Notes under the pieces: model-generated
The model's database searches: none
Told to the model about the DNA's origin: nothing
The model's input: the letters and a program-made list of their open reading frames with translations, nothing else
Translations under genes and position numbers: made by a program
In this document: positions 27,201 through 34,706 of the stretch, one piece after another
Numbering within the stretch: the first letter of the stretch is position 1
How the letters are laid out: each line of letters starts with the position of its first letter
NCBI GenBank assembly: GCA_038078555.1
Contig: JBBTYQ010000003.1
Coordinates: 397 to 64,396 of the forward strand
Origin: Patescibacteria group bacterium
Lineage (GTDB): Bacteria; Patescibacteriota; Minisyncoccia; UBA6257; UBA9933
Length of the DNA stretch: 64,000 nt
Direction: 5' to 3'

Positions 27201-29684
27201 AGCGGCTTCGTTATCATTAGCGGTTACTCTGATTTGAGTAGTGGTGGAAAAAATACTTGTGCCTAGTTGAGAAGCGGCATCCCAGATAGCTGAAGTGGAA
27301 GTGGAAGTGACTGTGGTGGAAGTTGAAGAATATGTAAGCTCCTGAACCGGCTTATTGCTTAAAGCTCCGCTGTTTAAATAGCCGCTGGTTATCGAAGTCC
27401 AAGCCGCGCCGCTATTTAATCGATATTCCAAGGACGGTGTAATATAGCCCGGATTAGTAGTGCCGGTTAAAGAATCAGTATCTCTAGCACTATAAATCAA
27501 TAAAGTTTTGCCCCAATTGGAATCGGCGCTGTCTGATATTTGAGACACAGAAACGCCATTTGTACCATAAGCGCTGTCAAAGCTCGGTGGCGCGTTTACC
27601 ACATAAGTAACAACTACATTATCAACAGTAGCCGAAGATCCTCCTCCGGAATCTAAAGTAACTTTATATTGAAACCATCTGTCATTTGCCCCGTTCATTA
27701 AAGCGTGCGTACTGCTCGAAACGCTAAAAGAAATTCCATTATCATTAGAATCAAAATAATCGCTGTTATCGCAAGCCGTTGGTCCGCACCAATTAGACCA
27801 AGCGGAACCGTCAGGCGAAGACCGAACCTGAAATTTAACTGTTTCCGTAGTGGAGGTGCCGGTTTCTATCCAGCTTATTTTTGAAACTAAGGTTGTGTTG
27901 TCTCCCGCGTCATAAGCCGAAGAAATTAAACTTCCCGGAGGACTGGAAGTCTGCGGATAAACAATGGTAACGTCGTTTAATATCGGAGTGGAACTGGAAA
28001 CTGTTGATGAAAGATAAGCTTTATAACGAAAATAACGGTTATTATACAAAGAAGAAGGTATGTCCGTGCCGGAAGTCGTGAAATATGTTCCCGAAGTCCC
28101 GTCAGTACCAACATAGCTCCAGCCAGAACCGGTATTATTCGCCGCTACTTGAAATTGCAGAGTTGTTCCCGCGGTTGTTGTGGCATTCCAGGAAAAAGCG
28201 CCGAAAGTTGCCCTATTAACTAAATCAATTGTCGCTGATTCAAAAGTGCCGGAGGTATTATACGGATTCATACTTACCATTAAATCATTAGTTCCGGCAG
28301 AATTTGCATAATAACTTACAAACACATTATTAGCATCAATTCCGTGAATATCATTGTAAGATGCACCTGTATTAAGAAAAGAGGTTGACCAGCTTGTGCC
28401 GCCATTAGTTGAAGTAGCAAATTTAACGTCATAATTACTTGATTCCAAATAACTCACAAACAATGTATTAACATCAGCGGCAAATAACGATTTCTCTCCT
28501 CTTGAAGCTGGCACGGTATCTATATTAGAAATCGTCCAGCTTGTGCCGTTATATTTAGCCAACTGAACATCACTACTAAGACTTCCGTCGTCATAAGCTA
28601 TTAAAATATTATTGGCATCAATAACCTCAAGCGATGTCTTATTTGGAGCGGCGCCCATAGAAGCGTCAATGGTTGAAGTTGCCCAGCTTGTGCCGCCATT
28701 AGTTGATGAAGCAAACATTAGGGCAACACCACTTTCCACATAACTCACAAATAATGTATTAGCGTTAATCGCTTCAATTGAAGGGAAAAGACCGCCTCCA
28801 ACTGTTGCTCGAGCGTCAATAATTGAAGTTGTCCAATCCGTGCCGCCGTTGGTTGATTTGGCAAATTTTACATCAACATTAGTTGTGTCTTGATAAGCAA
28901 TAAATATAGTGCTTGAATCAACCGCTGAAATTGAAGTCAATGTTCCAACAATTGTGGCTGATGAATCAACAGTTGCAAGCGTCCAGCTGGCTCCGCCGTT
29001 GGTTGATTTGGCAAATTTCAAATCATCGCTAGTATCATCATAATAACTTATAAATATTGTATTAGCGTCAACCGCGTAAATTGATGTCCATAAACCGGTA
29101 ACACCCGTAGAATCAACAGTTGAAGTTGCCCAAGTTGCTCCGCCATCTGTTGATTTGGCAAAAAGAAGATCCGAAGAACCTCCCTGATAACTTATAAATA
29201 TAGTATTAGAATTTACAGCATAAACTGAATTATACGGACCAACATTTCCATTTGTATCCACGGCTTTAGTGGTTAAGTCATTGATGGAATTAAAAGAAGT
29301 TTTGGTGGAAACTATACTTGACGCAGTGGTACTTGTTCCGGTTACCACAACCGTAGAAGTTGAACCGCTTAAAAATCCTCCGCCAGTTGCTACGCCACTG
29401 GTGCTTGTCGCTCCATCATCTGTAAAAGAAAATGAAGTGGTGGCTAATTGCAAGTTGGTTGAAATTGACATTCCCGCGGTTGAAGAAGAATACTCGGTCC
29501 AGCCGGTTTGATTGCTCGCGTGGCTGGCGGTATTGGCCGTTACTCCCCCGCTCCAATTGCTTTGGCTGAAAGTATAGGTTGCGGCATAGGCTTCTTTAGG
29601 CTGATAATAAAAAGTGCCGGCAATAATTGCGGCAATCAAAAACAACGCGGTCAGCTCATGAAAAAGTTTTTTATATCTTGACAT
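24228..29684 (-). CDS. Giant surface protein: signal anchor, BNR/Asp-box propeller-like region, then many FN3/PAP-N-like repeats
   Basis: 1818 aa with an N-terminal hydrophobic anchor. It has at least five Asp-box motifs (STDGGATW, STNGGASW, STNGGTDW, STNGGTSW x2). It also has at least eight repeats of the type W.T.E..DSRVEYS....YYFRVKS.D. Confidence 0.85.
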   Translation of the reverse strand: MSRYKKLFHELTALFLIAAIIAGTFYYQPKEAYAATYTFSQSNWSGGVTANTASHASNQTGWTEYSSSTAGMSISTNLQLATTSFSFTDDGATSTSGVATGGGFLSGSTSTVVVTGTSTTASSIVSTKTSFNSINDLTTKAVDTNGNVGPYNSVYAVNSNTIFISYQGGSSDLLFAKSTDGGATWATSTVDSTGVTGLWTSIYAVDANTIFISYYDDTSDDLKFAKSTNGGASWTLATVDSSATIVGTLTSISAVDSSTIFIAYQDTTNVDVKFAKSTNGGTDWTTSIIDARATVGGGLFPSIEAINANTLFVSYVESGVALMFASSTNGGTSWATSTIDASMGAAPNKTSLEVIDANNILIAYDDGSLSSDVQLAKYNGTSWTISNIDTVPASRGEKSLFAADVNTLFVSYLESSNYDVKFATSTNGGTSWSTSFLNTGASYNDIHGIDANNVFVSYYANSAGTNDLMVSMNPYNTSGTFESATIDLVNRATFGAFSWNATTTAGTTLQFQVAANNTGSGWSYVGTDGTSGTYFTTSGTDIPSSLYNNRYFRYKAYLSSTVSSSTPILNDVTIVYPQTSSPPGSLISSAYDAGDNTTLVSKISWIETGTSTTETVKFQVRSSPDGSAWSNWCGPTACDNSDYFDSNDNGISFSVSSSTHALMNGANDRWFQYKVTLDSGGGSSATVDNVVVTYVVNAPPSFDSAYGTNGVSVSQISDSADSNWGKTLLIYSARDTDSLTGTTNPGYITPSLEYRLNSGAAWTSITSGYLNSGALSNKPVQELTYSSTSTTVTSTSTSAIWDAASQLGTSIFSTTTQIRVTANDNEAANSITSSTSAVFTLDTKVPTATVTFDSSAGGSTGNILSFNFSDDSNISYRFSNNSNLSADGSNGTSGQWQSVGATSINSSTTWAISAAPNSESVYYEVRDVYGNTSSGSVVAPAIGSQNSTGLNIKDVSNADTSQWREFISWVPYTATSGATYASYQVFRSTDNSNYSQISTITSSSTNYYTDSSVSSSTTYYYKVKFVDTDGDKSEFSAVANDYVDGQGGTDNTAPIISNASSTEVQSTWAKITWETDEYADSRVEYSATQGSYTSSVYVETLLASSTPHTVYITGLTPSATYYFRVKSTDILNNTRTDDNSGVGYSFTTVGGPAITSVSCTNIVGTSFTVSWNTNVDSNSRVDYSVNSTLTNATSSVSSGMVGSGALAGGLYQHSVNLTGLSQGTNYYLRVQSNDSNNNAAIENNSGNFYQCRTTLDTKPPVISNIITPLITNTHAVITWSTDEPSTSQVEYGPSSASTGNYATTTTRDNTLTTGHIVTISGLSAVTQYYFRVKSYDMNPDSATAVSDEQNFTSASEKETITVYVVSGGGGAGANDTSGPTIGNIEVSSIGAFSAIVNLTTNEDSTVFVDYGENAEYGLNSASSDFRTTHSIKLSNLRMGTDYHFKVKAIDKAGNSGSSPDQTFSTKFFAESVRDLVTLERASQFQEAIEKSIESILPSILPPFIEEPRVVDITENSAIVKWKTNIPAYSVVAYALEKDYDISKTNPYISEVSNIEIKSASHEITLSGLAPNAKYHYMTKSFSLPQAVGKSADLTFSTKAGKINSRVSDIDNDAIVVVWFTEQPASSIVEYKNLRTGEIGQKIREEKIVDHNIKIENLTPDTSYEIKVSGYSEAGSLIESQETLTAKTSRDVAAPVISNLKIDSAMIPGRNDRVQTIVSWKSDEPSTSLVEYAEGSGSADDPLNNRVEISDNFSETHNVIITKLKPGSLYRMRVASVDDAGNKTISPIRTIITPRQSESIVDVIVKNFEETFQFLKKVR

Positions 29685-29695
29685 CTTTAGCTTAA

Positions 29696-29741
29696 ATTAT
29701 ACCAAGAAATCTCTTAAATTGCCTATTTATATTGTGGATAA
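29696..29741 (-). promoter_or_regulatory. TTATCCACA-N31-TGGTATAAT promoter of the giant surface-protein gene
   Basis: On the minus strand, TTATCCACA is at 29741-29733 and the extended -10 TGGTATAAT at 29704-29696. The ATG follows 11 nt later. Confidence 0.55.
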
Positions 29742-29823
29742 CTATTGCGGCTATTCTTATCATTGTCTTATTATTATACTATAATAAAATGATTAAGTTA
29801 TTTGAATTACTTAAAAATTCAAA

Positions 29824-29847
29824 TAGCATTATTTGCGATTACTCTAA
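29824..29847 (+). promoter_or_regulatory. Conserved pre-ATG element, copy E1 (TAGCATTATTTGCGATTACTCTAA)
   Basis: It directly abuts the ATG of the response-regulator gene. Related copies abut the starts at 30777, 35683, 40492 and 44729. Confidence 0.5.
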
Positions 29848-30282
29848 ATGTTTGACCCTTCCAATAAAATTAAAATCCTTCTGGTTGACGACGACGAGAT
29901 GATAAGAATTTATTTCCGGGATATTTTCTGGATTCACGGCTTGGATAATAAATACGATCTAACCACCGTGGAATCTCCCCAAAAAGCCGAAGCAATAATT
30001 TCAGACCCAAAAACAAGGCCTCATATAATCTTCACCGACCTGGTGATGCCTGCGGAAAAAGACGGCCGAATAATCACCTCGCCAGAGGCGGGTTTAAATT
30101 TTCTTAAAAAGATCAAAACCGACCCGGAGCTTAAAGATGTCAAGGTTATCGTTTTTTCCGGCCACAGCGAAGACACGCTTAAAAAACAAGTAAAAGAATT
30201 AGGCGCGGAAAATTATATGATTAAAAGCGATAATCTGCCTAAAGATTTAATTGAATATGTGGAAAAAATGATTGGAAAGTAA
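29848..30282 (+). CDS. Stand-alone response-regulator receiver domain (CheY-like)
   Basis: 144 aa with the acidic pocket LLVDDDE, a phospho-acceptor-type D in IIFTDLVMP, and no output domain. Confidence 0.85.
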   Translation: MFDPSNKIKILLVDDDEMIRIYFRDIFWIHGLDNKYDLTTVESPQKAEAIISDPKTRPHIIFTDLVMPAEKDGRIITSPEAGLNFLKKIKTDPELKDVKVIVFSGHSEDTLKKQVKELGAENYMIKSDNLPKDLIEYVEKMIGK

Positions 30283-30316
30283 TCGCAAATAATGCGAATT
30301 TAAAAAAATAAAAATA

Positions 30317-30727
30317 ATGCGAATCAATAAAACAAGTACAAGATCAGCGGAAAAAATAATTTTCCCGGAATTAAGTTATAAAATTGTTGGCGCATCATTT
30401 AATATATTCAATGAATTAGGTTGGGGATTGCCGGAAAAAGATTATCAAAAAGCTCTTAAGGAAGAACTAGATGAGTTGGGATTGTCATACAAACAAGAAG
30501 CTTATATTCCATTGCAATACAAAGCGATAAATATTGGCCGATATTTTGCCGATTTTATTGTTGATGATAAAATTTTAATCGAAATAAAAGTAGTATCAAA
30601 ATTAGGTTATGCCCATGTTAAACAAATACTAACTTATCTTAAAGCGGCTAATCTAAAATTGGGAATTTTAATTTATTTTACTAAAGAAGGTATAAAATAT
30701 CGTCGCATTTTAAATTCTCAATTTTAA
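30317..30727 (+). CDS. GxxExxY protein (PD-(D/E)XK nuclease-like superfamily)
   Basis: 136 aa. It carries the signature G-LP-E-KD-Y (GLPEKDY) and the core DFIVDDKILIEIK. The start codon lies inside an AATAATGCGAAT repeat. Confidence 0.8.
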   Translation: MRINKTSTRSAEKIIFPELSYKIVGASFNIFNELGWGLPEKDYQKALKEELDELGLSYKQEAYIPLQYKAINIGRYFADFIVDDKILIEIKVVSKLGYAHVKQILTYLKAANLKLGILIYFTKEGIKYRRILNSQF

Positions 30728-30754
30728 TTTATTCGCATTATTTAGAAATTTTAT

Positions 30755-30776
30755 TAGCATTATTCGCGATCACTCT
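30755..30776 (+). promoter_or_regulatory. Conserved pre-ATG element, copy E2 (TAGCATTATTCGCGATCACTCT)
   Basis: It directly abuts the ATG of the ABC ATPase gene. Confidence 0.5.
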
Positions 30777-32075
30777 ATGGAGTCTATTATAAAATTACAA
30801 AATGTAAATCTCTGGTATGACCGAGGCAAGCCCTCGGAAGTTTGGGCATTGAAAAATATTGATTTAGATATTAATCGGGGCGAGTATGTCGCTTTTTTCG
30901 GACCATCAGGTTGCGGAAAAACAACTTTGCTTTACACTATTGCCGGAATCGACCAGGTTAATGACGGAAAAATTTTGATTAATAACCGGGATATTTCTAA
31001 TTTTTCGCGGCGCGAACTGGCAATTTACAGGCAAATCGGGGTTGGCATAGTATTCCAACAATTTAACTTAATCCCCTCGCTTACGGTAATCAATAACGTT
31101 GCTTTGCCAATGGCATTTCTGGGCGTATCCGAAGAAAAAAGAAAATCCGAAGCAATGAAACTTTTAGAAAGACTGGATATAAAACATTTGGCTGAAAGAT
31201 ATCCTTATGAATTATCAGGCGGCCAACAGCAAAGAGTCGGCATTGCGAGAGCCCTAGCCAATAATCCGCCGATTATTGTCGCGGACGAACCTTTGGGAAA
31301 CCTCGATTCAGTTAACGCGCAAAAAGTTTTAGAATTTTTGAAAGAATTAAACGAAAAAGACGGCCGGACAATCATTATGGTAACGCACGAAGCCTGGAGT
31401 TTACGCGATGCCAAAAAAATTTTTTACATGAAAGACGGCACTATTTTGAAAACCGAGGAATCAAAGCCGAAAACCGTTGCCGAATCGGTATCCAAGCATC
31501 TTTATCAGGAACTTTCACAGCAAATGTCAGCTGCTGAAATCGCGGCCAGCGCGCTCGCCAATATGCTGCTGCGCGGATACTCAATTGACGAAGTAAAAAG
31601 ATTTGAATTTTTTTTAAAACAGCACTTGGAAAATAAAATCGATTCGGAGATTTTTCGAAACGTGCTTGACCGGCCGTTTGCCGAGGGCGGTATCGGCTTA
31701 TGGAAACAAAAAGCCAAAAAAATCGCCGATTACGTTAATGACGTAATTGAAGAAAGAAAAGAGGTGGATGAAGTTTATATGGAATTGGAAAAAAATCCAG
31801 AGTCTCCGCTCAAAGACGAAGTGGAAAAAATAAGAATGTGGCTGTTAAAAGATTACCGCGGAAAATTGTCGGAATTGCAAAAAATTCAGATGGAAGAAAT
31901 TATTTCCGAACGGCTCCGCTCTATTATCGGCGCACCTGATTTCTTGAAAACCGTCAGCTTATCCAAAAAACAATTCGGCATCGGCTTTTCTTACCGCACC
32001 AGCCAAAAAATTTCCGAAAAAATGGAAATGGTTTTGAAAAATAATAATAATTTAAATACTCTTAAAGCAGTATGA
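30777..32075 (+). CDS. ABC transporter ATP-binding protein (MacB/LolD-like) with about 200-aa C-terminal extension
   Basis: 432 aa with Walker A GPSGCGKTT, signature LSGGQQQR, and Walker B IIVADEP. The C-terminal half has no family I recognise. Confidence 0.9.
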   Translation: MESIIKLQNVNLWYDRGKPSEVWALKNIDLDINRGEYVAFFGPSGCGKTTLLYTIAGIDQVNDGKILINNRDISNFSRRELAIYRQIGVGIVFQQFNLIPSLTVINNVALPMAFLGVSEEKRKSEAMKLLERLDIKHLAERYPYELSGGQQQRVGIARALANNPPIIVADEPLGNLDSVNAQKVLEFLKELNEKDGRTIIMVTHEAWSLRDAKKIFYMKDGTILKTEESKPKTVAESVSKHLYQELSQQMSAAEIAASALANMLLRGYSIDEVKRFEFFLKQHLENKIDSEIFRNVLDRPFAEGGIGLWKQKAKKIADYVNDVIEERKEVDEVYMELEKNPESPLKDEVEKIRMWLLKDYRGKLSELQKIQMEEIISERLRSIIGAPDFLKTVSLSKKQFGIGFSYRTSQKISEKMEMVLKNNNNLNTLKAV

Positions 32076-33322
32076 GTTTAGATTTCAGCTCTAAATTAGG
32101 CCATGGCTTAAAATTAATCGACCTTTTAAAACTCTCCTTAAGAGTCTTTAAAACTAAACCCTTGCGGACAGGTTTGACGATTTTGGGCATGTCGTTCGGC
32201 ATCGGAACAGTTTTGTTTCTTGTTTCTCTGGGCTATGGATTGCAATACGTTCTTATAGGAAAATTGGTGGCAACTGAAGATTCTTTAATTTCCGTTGAAG
32301 CTTATTACCCATCTGAAGCAGAGCGCAATATCACCTATGAGGATTTAAAAATGATTTCAGAAATACCTGAAGCCGCAGAGATTTCTCCGGTAGCAGAATT
32401 TACCGGAGAAATAAAATATGAAAAATCCTCGGGCCTTATTATCGTCAAAATAATAAAGCCGAGTTATTTCCGATTATCAGGGCAACTTCCCGATCTGGGA
32501 ACAAGCTTCGCAAAGCTTGAACCGACAACGATTTTATCCAACTCCGCTCTTCAATTAACCGGTCTTTCAGCCGATTATTTAAATTTTACCAACGCAAAAT
32601 CTAATGCTGCTCCGAAATTTTCATTCAAAATATTTTATCAAAGCGAAGAAAAAATAGACGTTGAAGAAGCGGAAACAAAAGAACTGCTGACGCTTAAAGG
32701 AATAATGACCGATGAATTACAGCCGCCTTTTGCTTTTATTCCCGACGAATATATTTCCAAAAAACCGCCTTTTTTTAAAAAGGTTTTGGTTAAAGCCAAA
32801 GACATAAACAGCGTAGAAGGATTGCGCGATAAAATGATAGAAAAAGGTTTCCTTATTTCCGCCAGAATTGATTTAGTCAATCAAGCCGGAAAAGTAATGA
32901 ACATCATTACCATGGTTTTGGGCGTTTTCGGAGTTACGGCTTTAATCGTCGCCGCTGTTGGAATGTTCAACACAATGATTATCAGTTTTATGGAACGTAT
33001 TTTCGAAGTGGGTATTATTAAATCTCTGGGCGCAACCGATAAAGATGTAAGAAATTTATTTCTAATGGAATCTTTTGTAATGGGATTATTAGGAGGCGTT
33101 GGCGGGATAACTTTGGGAGTAGGCGCCGGAGAATTATCTAATTTAGGTTTAAATATTTTAGCTCAAAGATTCGGCGGCAAGCCATTTGATTTATTTATTA
33201 CGCCTTTATGGTTTGTCGGCTTGATTCTTGGCTCATCAAGCTTAATCGGATTGGTTTCCGGATTTTGGCCGGCCCGGCGCGCTTCTTATCTTTCTCCTAA
33301 AGAGGCGTTTATCAGGAAATAA
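32072..33322 (+). CDS. ABC transporter permease, FtsX/MacB type
   Basis: 416 aa with an N-terminal TM helix, a large extracytoplasmic domain and a C-terminal FtsX-type 3-TM bundle. It overlaps the ATPase gene by 4 nt. Confidence 0.88.
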   Translation: MSLDFSSKLGHGLKLIDLLKLSLRVFKTKPLRTGLTILGMSFGIGTVLFLVSLGYGLQYVLIGKLVATEDSLISVEAYYPSEAERNITYEDLKMISEIPEAAEISPVAEFTGEIKYEKSSGLIIVKIIKPSYFRLSGQLPDLGTSFAKLEPTTILSNSALQLTGLSADYLNFTNAKSNAAPKFSFKIFYQSEEKIDVEEAETKELLTLKGIMTDELQPPFAFIPDEYISKKPPFFKKVLVKAKDINSVEGLRDKMIEKGFLISARIDLVNQAGKVMNIITMVLGVFGVTALIVAAVGMFNTMIISFMERIFEVGIIKSLGATDKDVRNLFLMESFVMGLLGGVGGITLGVGAGELSNLGLNILAQRFGGKPFDLFITPLWFVGLILGSSSLIGLVSGFWPARRASYLSPKEAFIRK

Positions 33323-33407
33323 AACTGCAAAGACCTGCCACTATCTTTATAATTGTTATTTATATCAATGAGCCGATTCTTTGAAAATGCGCATAATTAT
33401 TGAATAA

Positions 33408-33445
33408 AAATCGGCTCATCGATCAATTCATAGATGAGCCGATTT
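33408..33445. terminator. 13-bp perfect hairpin made of TGAGCCGAT-family repeat copies
   Basis: AAATCGGCTCATC (33408-33420) pairs with GATGAGCCGATTT (33433-33445). It lies between the convergent ABC permease and GC-rich orphan genes. A further copy is at 33369-33378. Confidence 0.6.
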
Positions 33446-33583
33446 GGTGCAGTATTCTTGAATTAGTCCGAACGCATTTTTCCGGAAAATTCCCCCCGCG
33501 AAAATTCGGAAAGGCGGCGGAGCCGCACGAATGACAATTTCAAGTTTTTCTTTGACGGCAAATTCTTTGTTCTTTGAATTTAT

Positions 33584-33622
33584 AAAAAAGAAAAGGGACG
33601 GGGAGATTTCTCTACCCGTCCC
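33584..33622 (-). terminator. Rho-independent terminator of the GC-rich orphan gene
   Basis: The stem GGGACGGG / CCCGTCCC (33595-33602 / 33615-33622) is followed on the minus strand by TTTTCTTTTTT. Confidence 0.7.
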
Positions 33623-33662
33623 GATGTAGTGTTCAGCGAGGACATTTCGTCTACGCCGAAAC

Positions 33663-34298
33663 TTAAACGAACTTGGAAGCGAGAACCTGCCTCAACTCTC
33701 CGTAGGTCTCGATCTCCTTCGGGAACAGAACTCGCAGGTGGCAACCGCGGCATACGATTGCGTCGTGCGTCTTGGTGGCTCGCGTGCGATCTATCCAGCA
33801 GTTGCAGAAATCATGGATGCCCACGCAAGAACTAAGTTCGCGGTCATCTCTGGTGTGGTCCACGAAGTAATCGCCGGAAGGCGGGTACTCTCGCAGAAAA
33901 TCGCCATCAGAGGTCAACTGGATCGGCTTGAGCGGGACACTACGCTCGATCTCGTGCTGGATTGCCTTGATACGCTCTTGGCGATCTGTTTCTCTACTGG
34001 CGAAGTACAGAGCACGATTGAGCCATCCCGATGCGCGGTAGTGATCGTCGCCATCTCGGCTGATCACCTTGTAGGGGCAGTAGCCGTTGATTGGATAGGT
34101 TTCGCCTGTACTGCTCCCATCTTGGTCGCGATAGTGTCCGACGAGCTTTCCGGGGACAACCTTCGTTGGCTCGAATCCAGCGGCAAAGACGGTCGCGAAG
34201 AGAATCTGCACTTCATCGGCGGAAAGTTCCTTGACCTTGCTCCAGTCATGCTTGAGAGCCAAATTAACAAACGATGCAGCAATTTCGGTCGTTTTCAT
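33663..34298 (-). CDS. Orphan GC-rich hypothetical protein with C-terminal Cys/His cluster
   Basis: 211 aa. It has SD AAAGGAG 6 nt before the ATG and its own terminator. Sampled lines are 53-60% GC. The C-terminus reads CVGIHDFCNCW...VCRGCH. The overlapping plus-strand ORF has no start signals. Confidence 0.65.
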   Translation of the reverse strand: MKTTEIAASFVNLALKHDWSKVKELSADEVQILFATVFAAGFEPTKVVPGKLVGHYRDQDGSSTGETYPINGYCPYKVISRDGDDHYRASGWLNRALYFASRETDRQERIKAIQHEIERSVPLKPIQLTSDGDFLREYPPSGDYFVDHTRDDRELSSCVGIHDFCNCWIDRTRATKTHDAIVCRGCHLRVLFPKEIETYGELRQVLASKFV

Positions 34299-34525
34299 CA
34301 GTCGCTCCTTTCTTTTGTCAATGTGCTAACTAATTAATCAACAGTCTTGCATTAAACCCACAAAAAGTCAAGAAGCAGCAATTGCCGCTTCTTGGAAACA
34401 ATCTTATGAAAATTTTTCTTTTCTGCTTCTAACGGAATCGGGAATTTCTTTTTGCCCTGAAAAATCCGTACGATTTGGTCGCCGAGCGAAGCGAGGCGAC
34501 ATCTGAATCTTTGACATTTCCAATG

Positions 34526-34600
34526 TGGTGCGCCTTGTAGGGATCGAACCTACGGCCTTTCGAATGTGAATCGAACGCTCTACCACTGAGCTAAAGGCGC
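34526..34600 (-). tRNA. tRNA-Val(CAC), CCA encoded
   Basis: 75 nt with acceptor GCGCCTT/AAGGCGC, anticodon arm TTCGA-TTCACAT-TCGAA, and T arm GTAGG-TTCGATC-CCTAC. Confidence 0.92.
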
Positions 34601-34706
34601 ATAAAATTTGCAATAGAGTAAATGAAATATTTTACCGTCAAATTAACTATCTTTAAAAATTAATTATAAACAAAAAAGACGCCTTTTCAATCAGCGTCTT
34701 TTTTGT

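Noticed and set aside
33441-33475. A possible att-type direct repeat of the tRNA-Val 3' end at the far border of the GC-rich island (CCGATTTGGTGC versus CCAATGTGGTGC)
   Set aside because: Only 10 of 12 positions match, the similarity collapses immediately afterwards, and there is no integrase. It is too weak to call an attachment site.
33738-34337. A 199-aa plus-strand ORF (plus a nested 72-aa minus ORF) inside the GC-rich island
   Set aside because: Long ORFs on both strands are expected in GC-rich DNA. Only the 211-aa minus ORF has an SD, a sensible start and a downstream terminator. The plus ORF has none and would run into the tRNA-Val region.
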